A DNA stretch of 64,000 nucleotides, taken from the NCBI RefSeq assembly GCF_003019035.1, contig NZ_CP027447.1. One strand, written 5' to 3'. A program made the position numbers and the translations under genes. The notes under the pieces were generated by a model. It was not told the DNA's origin. It was given only the letters and a program-made list of their open reading frames with translations, and searched no databases. The DNA is from Escherichia coli (lineage in GTDB: Bacteria > Pseudomonadota > Gammaproteobacteria > Enterobacterales > Enterobacteriaceae). Shown one piece after another: positions 30,426-38,605 of this stretch; position 1 is the stretch's first letter; each line of letters starts with the position of its first letter.

Positions 30426-31003
30426 GCGCAGAACTCATGCGACTGCTGAGCAATATCATCCGCACCGGGATCATCTCTGAAGTTGATGAGAAGTCCTGGC
30501 GCGTGCGCGTTCGCAGCGGCGAACTGGAAACAGGCTGGTTGCGCTGGAACACCACGCGCGCGGGAGCCTTCAATGTGTGGCTGCCGCCATCAGTGGGCGA
30601 ACAGGTGGTAATTGCCTGCATTGGCGGCAACCCGGAAACCGCCATGATAATTGGCAGCCTGTGGAGTGATGCCAATCCGGCCCCCGGCAAAAGCCTGAAA
30701 GAAATCGTGGTCAGCGCGCCGGATGGCGCGGTGTTCCGCTACGACGCGGACGCAGGCGCACTGAGCGCCAGCGGCATGAAAACGGCCACCCTGCAGGCAT
30801 CCGTCAGTGTGACACTGGACACACCTGTCGTGGAATGCACAGACCTTCTGAGAACAGCGACGCTTGACGTCACAAAAGGAGGAAAGATGAGCGGCAATAT
30901 CACGCACAGCGGCGGCAACTTCACCTCAAACGGCATTACCGTGCATACGCATAAACACGGTGGCGTGAAAGGCGGCAGCGATTCGACAGGAGGCCCGCAG
31001 TGA
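30422..31003 (+). CDS. Baseplate assembly protein V (spike)
   Basis: 193 aa; gpV-type OB-fold region; order V-W-J-I as in P2. Confidence 0.85.
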   Translation: MSAELMRLLSNIIRTGIISEVDEKSWRVRVRSGELETGWLRWNTTRAGAFNVWLPPSVGEQVVIACIGGNPETAMIIGSLWSDANPAPGKSLKEIVVSAPDGAVFRYDADAGALSASGMKTATLQASVSVTLDTPVVECTDLLRTATLDVTKGGKMSGNITHSGGNFTSNGITVHTHKHGGVKGGSDSTGGPQ

Positions 31004-31350
31004 CAACCCGCTACACAGGAATGAATCCGGACGGGACGGGAAACCTGAACGATATGGAGCACCTGAAACAGTCAGTCAGGGATATCCTGACCACCCCGCT
31101 GGCAAGCCGGGTTATGCGACGGGAATATGGCAGCCTTGTGCCTGATTTGATTGACGAACCCATGAATAACACCACGCGTCTGCAATGCATGAGTGCTGCC
31201 GTGATTGCGCTGACACGATGGGAACCCCGCATTGCCCTGGATGCCATCGACGTTGTCTGGAAAGCGGGAGGCCGCGCCGGGGTGACGCTGTCGGGCACTG
31301 TCATGCAGACCATGCAGAATGTTGAGTTAACCATCACGCTGAGGGAGTAA
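31000..31350 (+). CDS. Baseplate protein W (gpW/gp25 family)
   Basis: 116 aa, size and position match P2 W. Confidence 0.85.
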   Translation: MTTRYTGMNPDGTGNLNDMEHLKQSVRDILTTPLASRVMRREYGSLVPDLIDEPMNNTTRLQCMSAAVIALTRWEPRIALDAIDVVWKAGGRAGVTLSGTVMQTMQNVELTITLRE

Positions 31351-31353
31351 ATC

Positions 31354-32250
31354 ATGCCCGCCGTTGACCTTTCCCAGTTACCGGAACCCGCCATCATCGC
31401 GGAGCCTGACTTTGAGGCAATTCTGGCTGACACAAAGGCCATGATGATTGCGGCTTATCCCGCCGAACAGCGTGAAGCCGTCTCCGCCGCGCTGGAGCTG
31501 GAATCGGAACCCCTGAACGTTATCGCCCAGACAACAGCGTTTCGTGAAATGCTGTTACGCCAGCGGGTCAATGAGGGGGCACGCGCCTGCATGTTAAGCC
31601 ACAGCGCCGGGACAGACCTGGACAACCTCGCGGGCAATATGAACACAAAGCGCCTGACCATCACTCCGGCAACGGATACCACCGACGCAGTGATGGAAAG
31701 TGACACCTCGCTGAGACTGCGGGCGCAGCGGGCGTACGATGGCCTGAGTGTTGCTGGCCCGTCAGGTGCATACGAGTATTTTGCCCGCAGCGCCAGCGGT
31801 CTGGTGCGTGATGCGCGGGCTATCAGTCCGTCTCCGGCAAATGTGACGGTTTCCATCCTGTCCACTGAAGGCGACGGCACAGCAACGGAGGCGTTGCTTA
31901 ATACCGTTCGCGCCGTTCTGAATGCAGAGGATACCCGCCCGGTGGCCGACCGCCTTACTGTACAGAGCGCCAGCATCGTGACATGGCGGCTGAATGCAAA
32001 ACTGTACTTTTACCCCGGCCCGGAATCCGAACCTATTCTGGCCGCGGCTGAATCGTCGTTCAGGAAGTGGCTGGCTGAGCAGGGGCTTATCGGTCAGGAC
32101 GTGGCGTTGTCCGCCATTGCTGCCGCACTGCATGTGCACGGTGTGCAACGCGTGGAGATAATCGAACCCACACAGAATATGGCCATCAGCGACATACAGG
32201 CGGCGCGCTGTGAGTCATTCACCATCAGCGAAGGTGGGCGCAATGAGTAA
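31354..32250 (+). CDS. Baseplate protein J
   Basis: 298 aa, size and position match P2 J. Confidence 0.85.
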   Translation: MPAVDLSQLPEPAIIAEPDFEAILADTKAMMIAAYPAEQREAVSAALELESEPLNVIAQTTAFREMLLRQRVNEGARACMLSHSAGTDLDNLAGNMNTKRLTITPATDTTDAVMESDTSLRLRAQRAYDGLSVAGPSGAYEYFARSASGLVRDARAISPSPANVTVSILSTEGDGTATEALLNTVRAVLNAEDTRPVADRLTVQSASIVTWRLNAKLYFYPGPESEPILAAAESSFRKWLAEQGLIGQDVALSAIAAALHVHGVQRVEIIEPTQNMAISDIQAARCESFTISEGGRNE

Positions 32251-32851
32251 TTCGTTGTTACCACCATCAGCCAGCAATTTCATGCGTTGTGCCGAAGCCG
32301 TCGGAACACGCATTACAGACATTCCGGTAGACCTCAACACGCTGTGGTCGCCGGACACCTGCCCGGTGCATCTGCTGCCTTATCTCGCCTGGGCGTTTTC
32401 CGTTGACCGCTGGGATCGCAACTGGCCGGAAGAGACAAAGCGACAGGTGATTCGTGATGCATGGCTGATACACCGACACAAAGGGACCATCAGCGCACTG
32501 CGAAGAGCCGTGGAGCCTCTCGGCTACCTGATTGAAGTAAAGGAGTGGTGGCAACTCAACGAGGAGCCGGGAACATTTCGCATTGTTGTCGGAGTACTTG
32601 ATCAGGGCATCACCGATGAAATGTATCAGGAACTTGAGCGCCTTATTGCGGATGCAAAACCAGTAAGTCGCCATCTGACAGGGCTGGCGATCAGCCTGAG
32701 TGTGAACGGAAAGATTTTCGTTGGTACGGGATGCTATCACGGCGATGCCCTGACGGTTTATCCCTACACCCCGGAGTCCATTATTGTCGAAGGGGATTAT
32801 TTCCCTGCCCCGGCCATTCATTTAATTGATAATCTGAGAGTAAACGCATGA
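32243..32851 (+). CDS. Baseplate/tail protein I
   Basis: start at MSNSLLPP overlapping gpJ stop; position matches P2 I. Confidence 0.8.
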   Translation: MSNSLLPPSASNFMRCAEAVGTRITDIPVDLNTLWSPDTCPVHLLPYLAWAFSVDRWDRNWPEETKRQVIRDAWLIHRHKGTISALRRAVEPLGYLIEVKEWWQLNEEPGTFRIVVGVLDQGITDEMYQELERLIADAKPVSRHLTGLAISLSVNGKIFVGTGCYHGDALTVYPYTPESIIVEGDYFPAPAIHLIDNLRVNA

Positions 32852-34353
32852 CAGTGAAATACTACGCCATTCTGACTAATCAGGGCGCGGCACGACTGGC
32901 TAACGCGACGATGCTCGGCAGTAAGCTGAATCTGACGCAAATGGCCGTTGGTGATGCAAATGGTGTGTTACCAACACCAGACCCTGCACAAACAAAACTG
33001 ATTAACCAGAAACGCATTGCACCGCTGAATCTTCTGAGTGTTGACCCTAACAATCAGAGCCAGATTATTGCGGAACAAATCATCCCTGAAAACGAGGGAG
33101 GATTCTGGATCCGTGAGATTGGTCTTTATGATGATGAAGGCGTACTTATTGCGGTGGCAAACTGCCCGGAAACGTACAAACCGCAGTTGCAGGAAGGCAG
33201 TGGACGCACCCAGACTATCCGCATGATTCTGGTTGTCACGAACACCGAAGCCATCACGCTGAAAATCGACCCGTCAGTGGTTCTGGCAACCCGCAAATAT
33301 GTGGATGATAAAATCTCAGAGCACGAACAGTCACGACGTCACCCGGACGCCTCGCTGACCGTAAAAGGTTTTACTCAGTTAAGCAGTGCAATTAACAGTG
33401 AATCAGAAACACTGGCCGCAACACCGAAAGCGGTTAAGGCTGCATATGACCTGGCTAACAGGAAATATACCGCCCAGAACGCCACCACTACACAAAAAGG
33501 GATTGTTCAGCTCAGTAGCGCCACGAACAGCACGTCTGAAACGCTGGCAGCGACACCAAAAGCTGTTAAGGCGGTAATGGATGAAACGAACAAGAAAGCA
33601 CCATTAAACAGCCCGGCACTGACCGGAACGCCAACAACACCAACAGCGCCACAGGGGACTAATAATACCCAGATCGCAAGCACGGCTTTCGTTATGGCTG
33701 CGATTGCCGCACTTGTAGATTCGTCCCCTGATGCACTGAACACGCTGAACGAACTGGCTGCGGCGCTGGGCAATGACCCGAACTTTGCGACTACCATGAC
33801 TAACGCGCTTGCGGGTAAGCAATCGAAGGATGCCACCCTGACGGCGCTGGCGGAGCTTGCTACATCAGCAGATAAACTCCCATATTTTACAGGGGCAGAT
33901 CGTGCCGCGTTAACCGCGTTGACAAGTGTTGGACGTGCCATTCTTGGTAAAACCAGCACTCAGGGAGTTCTTGATTACCTTGGTTTGGGGGAAGGCTCTG
34001 CGCTGCCCGTTGGTGTACCTGTTCCATGGCCCTCAGCCACACCGCCAACGGGGTGGCTAAAATGTAACGGAGCAGCATTTTCTTCTGAAAAATACCCCAA
34101 ACTGGCAAAGGCTTACCCAACGTTAAAATTACCGGATTTACGGGGTGAGTTTATCCGTGGCTGGGATGATGGGCGCGGGATTGATGCGGGACGTACCCTG
34201 CTTTCTGGGCAGGATGGTACAAGTTTTTCTCATTACGGAGGTAATTTCGACATTGGGTCTGGTCATTCAATCAATAACTATGACCAAATTGTTTCTAACC
34301 AACCAGGCTTTTCCCGTTTTTCATTTGCGGGCCTTCACGAGGTGATGGGTTAA
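32848..34353 (+). CDS. Tail fibre protein H, constant region fused to a C-terminal cassette that carries a frameshift
   Basis: 501 aa; contains crossover site at 33968-33993 and the conserved GEGSALPVGVPVPWP...RGEFIRGWDDGRG block; ORF ends before the conserved cassette terminus, which is out of frame at 34364-34411. Confidence 0.85.
   Translation: MTVKYYAILTNQGAARLANATMLGSKLNLTQMAVGDANGVLPTPDPAQTKLINQKRIAPLNLLSVDPNNQSQIIAEQIIPENEGGFWIREIGLYDDEGVLIAVANCPETYKPQLQEGSGRTQTIRMILVVTNTEAITLKIDPSVVLATRKYVDDKISEHEQSRRHPDASLTVKGFTQLSSAINSESETLAATPKAVKAAYDLANRKYTAQNATTTQKGIVQLSSATNSTSETLAATPKAVKAVMDETNKKAPLNSPALTGTPTTPTAPQGTNNTQIASTAFVMAAIAALVDSSPDALNTLNELAAALGNDPNFATTMTNALAGKQSKDATLTALAELATSADKLPYFTGADRAALTALTSVGRAILGKTSTQGVLDYLGLGEGSALPVGVPVPWPSATPPTGWLKCNGAAFSSEKYPKLAKAYPTLKLPDLRGEFIRGWDDGRGIDAGRTLLSGQDGTSFSHYGGNFDIGSGHSINNYDQIVSNQPGFSRFSFAGLHEVMG
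33968..33993 (+). repeat. Invertase crossover site 1 (hix/gix-like 26 bp), inside H
   Basis: TTCTTGATTACC-TT-GGTTTGGGGGAA; left half resembles hix TTCTTGAAAACC; right half shared with five other sites. Confidence 0.7.
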
Positions 34354-34404
34354 TTATGTAACCATTCGTCCTCGTAATATTGCGTTTAATTACATCGTAA
34401 GGGC

Positions 34405-34430
34405 AGCATAAAAACGTTGGTTTGGGGAAG
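34405..34430 (+). repeat. Invertase crossover site 2
   Basis: AGCATAAAAACG-TT-GGTTTGGGGAAG, same orientation as site 1. Confidence 0.65.
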
Positions 34431-34897
34431 GCTCTGCGCTGCCCGTTGGTGTACCTGTTCCATGGCCCTTAGAAACACCGCCAACGGGGTGGCTAAAATG
34501 TAACGGAGCAGCATTTTCTTCTGAAAAGTACCCCAAGCTGGCAAAAGCCTACCCCACCAATAAATTACCGGATTTACGGGGTGAATTTATTCGTGGCTGG
34601 GATGATGGGCGAGGAATTGATGCAGCACGCGCTTTATTGAGCATTCAAACCGGGATGTTGGAAAAACACCGCCATATTGTTGTAGCTAACGATGGATATG
34701 ACACAAAGGATGAATGGGAGTTGGCCACGATTTTCAAAAAAACATATACACAAGGCAGGGGGCTTGATGCCACAAATACAGGAGGGAGTTTGATTCCATC
34801 ACCAACGCTTCATTCACGAGGAAGTATTGGTAACACAGGTGGTAGTGAAACCCGCCCCCGCAATATTGCATTTAACTATATCGTGAGGGCGGCTTAG
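34431..34897 (+). other. Promoterless alternative tail-fibre C-terminal cassette (cB)
   Basis: begins with conserved GEGSALPVGVPVPWP... block right after site 2, ends with conserved ...ETRPRNIAFNYIVRAA; no start codon of its own. Confidence 0.6.
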
Positions 34898-34903
34898 TTA
34901 TAT

Positions 34904-35515
34904 TCAACTGGCTGCTGCCAGTGGTATTTCCGGCCAGTTGATATCTGATGCCATGTTTATATCCATTGCGTTCAGTGCGTCTATATAATCCAGCACGGCG
35001 TTAAGCCGGGTGGTTTCTGCCTGCGTCAACTTCCGCCCGGCCCGCAACTTCAACTGAATCAGACTAATGGAAGCCATTGCAGTATCAATCAGCGACTGGC
35101 GCTGTGTTTCTGCCGCTTCTACTGCGGCGCTATGCTGTGCCTCGGTATCCGTCACCCATTTTTCACCATCCCATTTATCGTATGGTGTTAACGGGGCGAT
35201 AGTGGTTGTATTTTTCGGGTAGTCACCCAGCGTCGTGATTTCTTCGGTGTTTCCCGTATCAGTGCTATAGACGGTTTCACCACGATGATCTGGCGTATAC
35301 TCCCATGAATTTAAATTCTCCGAACGGCGGATAGCATAGCCCGCTTTATGTGCGCCCGGGGCATCTAAACAGGAATTTGCCGGAATACCGACACCCGCAG
35401 CAAGATATTCAGTTGATTCGGAAATATATTCCCGTGTCTCACCATCATAGTTATAAACGACGATGTTTCCTGCCTGTACGGCAATAAGGTCATCATTTAA
35501 TATCGCGTTATTCAT
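34904..35515 (-). CDS. Tail fibre assembly protein (Tfa; P2 gpG / Mu U family)
   Basis: 203 aa; typical Tfa size and composition; directly follows cassette c1 on the minus strand. Confidence 0.85.
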   Translation of the reverse strand: MNNAILNDDLIAVQAGNIVVYNYDGETREYISESTEYLAAGVGIPANSCLDAPGAHKAGYAIRRSENLNSWEYTPDHRGETVYSTDTGNTEEITTLGDYPKNTTTIAPLTPYDKWDGEKWVTDTEAQHSAAVEAAETQRQSLIDTAMASISLIQLKLRAGRKLTQAETTRLNAVLDYIDALNAMDINMASDINWPEIPLAAAS

Positions 35516-35964
35516 TATGCGGTTCTCACAATATAATTGAAGGCAATATTGCGTGGGCGGGTTTCATTCCCCTCTGAGGATTCCGTTCTGTATTGACTGG
35601 TAAATCTACCGTTAATTGCACCTTGCCGGACGGCGTTATCTGTCGACAACAGACTATCCCCTCCTTTGTCATTTGGCACCAGTACCGTGTTATCCCACGC
35701 ATCCCATGACCGAATATTATGATAATGACTTCCTGTTAACCACCCCTGCATGCTTAAGATGCCCCTTCCGGCATCCACCCCGCGCCCATCATCCCAGCCA
35801 CGAATAAATTCACCCCGTAAATCCGGTAATTTTAACGTTGGGTAAGCCTTTGCCAGTTTTGGATACTTTTCAGAAGAAAATGCTGCTCCGTTACATTTTA
35901 GCCACCCAGTTGGCGGCGTGGCTGAGGGCCATGGAACGGGCACACCAACGGGCAGCGCAGAGCC
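35515..35964 (-). other. Alternative tail-fibre C-terminal cassette c1 (minus strand)
   Basis: GEGSALPVGVPVPWP...RGEFIRGWDDGRGVDAGR..., variable middle, ends ...ETRPRNIAFNYIVRTA. Confidence 0.65.
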
Positions 35965-35990
35965 TTCCCCCAAACCAACGTTTTCATGCT
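35965..35990 (-). repeat. Invertase crossover site 3
   Basis: minus strand AGCATGAAAACG-TT-GGTTTGGGGGAA. Confidence 0.65.
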
Positions 35991-36442
35991 GCCCTTACGA
36001 TGTAATTAAACGCAATGTTATGGGGGCGTGTTTCAGATGCTGTGCGAACTGAGCGAGAGGCGTCGAATGTCCATACAGAAGCACCATATCCTTCAATGAT
36101 CTCAGTTGGTTGTAAGCCTACTGATAATATAGAGTCAGTTTGACTAAATGGTCCTGAATTAAACGCATCTTTAAAAAGCTGAGTACGCCCAAAAGTGCCA
36201 ACTATATTCTGAATAGCGTCAGACTGTGCAGACAGTAGGTTGCGCCCATTATCAACGCCCCGTCCGTCATCCCAGCCGCGAATAAATTCGCCCCGTAAAT
36301 CCGGTAATTTATTGGTGGAGTAGGCCTTTGCCAGATTGGGGTACATTTCAGAAGAAAATGCTGCGCCGTTACATTTCAGCCACCCCGTTGGCGGCGTGGC
36401 TGAGGGCCATGGAACGGGCACACCAACGGGCAGCGCAGAGCC
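35984..36442 (-). other. Alternative tail-fibre C-terminal cassette c2
   Basis: same conserved 5' block, distinct variable region, ends ...RPHNIAFNYIVRAA. Confidence 0.65.
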
Positions 36443-36468
36443 TTCCCCCAAACCAACGTTTTTATGCC
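36443..36468 (-). repeat. Invertase crossover site 4
   Basis: minus strand GGCATAAAAACG-TT-GGTTTGGGGGAA. Confidence 0.65.
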
Positions 36469-36881
36469 GCCCTTACGATGTAATTAAATGCGATATTTCG
36501 CGGCCTGACAGCAACAAAATTTATACCATCACCTACAGAGTTACTGGTGAAATTAAATCGTGAAAATCCTGGCTGATTTCCGACGATGCCATCATGAAAA
36601 TTAATTGCGTGCCCCGCACCATCACCTATATTTCCGGCACGCTGAGAAAAATTTGTAGCCTCTTGGCTGCTTAATAATGCTCGCCCATTGTCCACACCTC
36701 GTCCATCATCCCAACCTCGAATAAATTCGCCCCGTAGATCCGGCAATTTATTGGTGGGGTAAACCTTTGCCAGATTTGGGTACTTTTCAGAAGAAAATGC
36801 TGCTCCGTTACATTTCAGCCACCCCGTTGGCGGTGTGGCTGAGGGCCATGGAACAGGTACACCAACGGGCAGCGCAGAGCC
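36462..36881 (-). other. Alternative tail-fibre C-terminal cassette c3
   Basis: same conserved 5' block, distinct variable region, ends ...VRPRNIAFNYIVRAA; the cassette currently fused to H looks like a frameshifted relative of this one. Confidence 0.65.
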
Positions 36882-36907
36882 TTCCCCCAAACCAACGTTT
36901 TCATGCG
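36882..36907 (-). repeat. Invertase crossover site 5
   Basis: minus strand CGCATGAAAACG-TT-GGTTTGGGGGAA. Confidence 0.65.
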
Positions 36908-37398
36908 GCTCTTACGATGTAATTAAACGCAATGTTACGAGGACGGTTTTCGTTTGCAGTTGGAACAATTCTTGAAGCATCAAGGCCAATCACTTTTGGG
37001 TAAACAGCGCCATCTGTTCTTTCTGTCACCATACTTCTGACTAAGGAGAAATAACTATTGTTCGTTGAGGGGCTCAAAGGCACTACTGCCCCCTTAAACG
37101 AACCTACTGATTCCCATATTGAATAATTTTCGGTGTTTACAGTCTTGAACTCACCATAGATATTACGTATGGCATCGCCCTGAGCGGATAATATTGCCCT
37201 CCCCGTATCCATACCACGTCCGTCATCCCAGCCACGAATAAATTCACCCCGTAAATCCGGTAATTTTAACGTTGGGTAAGCCTTTGCCAGTTTTGGATAC
37301 TTTTCAGAAGAAAATGCTGCTCCGTTACATTTTAGCCACCCAGTTGGCGGCGTGGCTGAGGGCCACGGAACGGGCACACCAACGGGCAGTGCAGAGCC
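36901..37398 (-). other. Alternative tail-fibre C-terminal cassette c4
   Basis: same conserved 5' block, longest variable region, ends ...NRPRNIAFNYIVRAA. Confidence 0.65.
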
Positions 37399-37424
37399 TT
37401 CCCCCAAACCAACGTTTTCGTTTT
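37399..37424 (-). repeat. Invertase crossover site 6
   Basis: minus strand AAAACGAAAACG-TT-GGTTTGGGGGAA. Confidence 0.6.
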
Positions 37425-37478
37425 TATCCCTACCTATACCAACTATGTATTTTTCACGAAACAAAGAGGATGTTTTTT

Positions 37479-38078
37479 ATGCAAATTGGCTATATTCGTG
37501 TGTCAACAAATGACCAGAACACGGATTTACAACGCAATGCACTGAACTGCGCAGGATGTGAACTGATTTTTGAAGATAAAATCAGCGGAACGAAATCAGC
37601 CAGACCGGGATTGAAAAAACTGCTCAGAACGCTATCAGAAGGAGATACGCTGGTTGTCTGGAAGCTGGACAGACTGGGCAGAAGTATGAAACACCTGATT
37701 ACGCTTATTGAGGAATTGCGGGAAAAAGGTGTTAATTTCCGTAGTCTGACGGACAGCATTGACACATCAACACCCATGGGGCGTTTCTTTTTTCACGTCA
37801 TGGGGGCTTTAGCCGAAATGGAACGTGAATTAATTGTAGAGCGTACACTGGCCGGACTGGCAGCAGCACGCGCACAAGGACGCATTGGCGGACGTCGCCC
37901 GAAGTTGACAAAAGAACAACACGAGCAAATAGCGAGGCTGATTAAAAACGGTCATGACAGGAAACAACTGGCGATCATTTACGACATCGGCATATCGACG
38001 ATTTATCGTTATCACCCTGTAGGCGATATACAGGCTGAAGAAACAACCAGGCAGACTCAGGAAAATGAAAACCGCTAA
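37479..38078 (+). CDS. Serine DNA invertase (Hin/Gin/Cin/Pin family)
   Basis: 199 aa; N-terminal GYIRVSTNDQ catalytic Ser motif, resolvase core, C-terminal HTH; AGAGGA Shine-Dalgarno. Confidence 0.9.
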   Translation: MQIGYIRVSTNDQNTDLQRNALNCAGCELIFEDKISGTKSARPGLKKLLRTLSEGDTLVVWKLDRLGRSMKHLITLIEELREKGVNFRSLTDSIDTSTPMGRFFFHVMGALAEMERELIVERTLAGLAAARAQGRIGGRRPKLTKEQHEQIARLIKNGHDRKQLAIIYDIGISTIYRYHPVGDIQAEETTRQTQENENR

Positions 38079-38098
38079 TCTGACCATTAGCGGTTTTG
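38066..38098. terminator. Bidirectional hairpin terminator between convergent invertase and gpU genes
   Basis: AAACCGCTAAT-loop-ATTAGCGGTTT with flanking T/A runs. Confidence 0.5.
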
Positions 38099-38104
38099 CG
38101 TTAA

Positions 38105-38599
38105 TCAAAACAGCCCTTTAACGGAGCTGGCCGCGCTGTTAAGGGATGATGTGACCTTATCTTTGAAGCCGGACAGCATATCACTGAACGATGAGGATTG
38201 CAGGCGCTCCCGCAAATCCTCATCACAGCGTTCAAGAGTCAGTGAAAATTCTATCTTTTTCGCCTTACCGTAGCGATCAAACTCGGAGCGGGTCGTATTC
38301 GTTTCAGTCAGTACATACATGCCGTAAATCTGCCCGACACCATCAATCAGAGGCCAGGGGCGTCCTGTATATGCCTGCGTGGTCAGCAGCGAAAGCGACA
38401 CTTCGCCACCTGTAATTTCAGGATAAAGCACGCCAGAAAGCACGATGCGATCATCACCTGCACCGATATACTGCCAGCTTGCTGAGCGGTTTACGCGCTC
38501 ATTTTTCACATGCCGCCAGCTTTTGTTTTGCTGTAACTGCTGATGCGGCAGTGTGCGCAGCTCAAAAACAAACATGCCGTAGATCATCATCATGACCAT
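38105..38599 (-). CDS. Tail protein U (P2 gpU-like)
   Basis: 164 aa; FVFELRTLPHQQLQ N-terminus resembles P2 gpU. Confidence 0.8.
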   Translation of the reverse strand: MVMMMIYGMFVFELRTLPHQQLQQNKSWRHVKNERVNRSASWQYIGAGDDRIVLSGVLYPEITGGEVSLSLLTTQAYTGRPWPLIDGVGQIYGMYVLTETNTTRSEFDRYGKAKKIEFSLTLERCDEDLRERLQSSSFSDMLSGFKDKVTSSLNSAASSVKGLF

Positions 38600-38605
38600 G
38601 ACTCC

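Noticed and set aside
33968-37424. Possible CRISPR array suggested by regularly spaced repeats
   Set aside because: Repeat units are about 450 bp apart, protein-coding (tail-fibre cassette ends) and associated with a serine invertase, not cas genes; these are inversion crossover repeats
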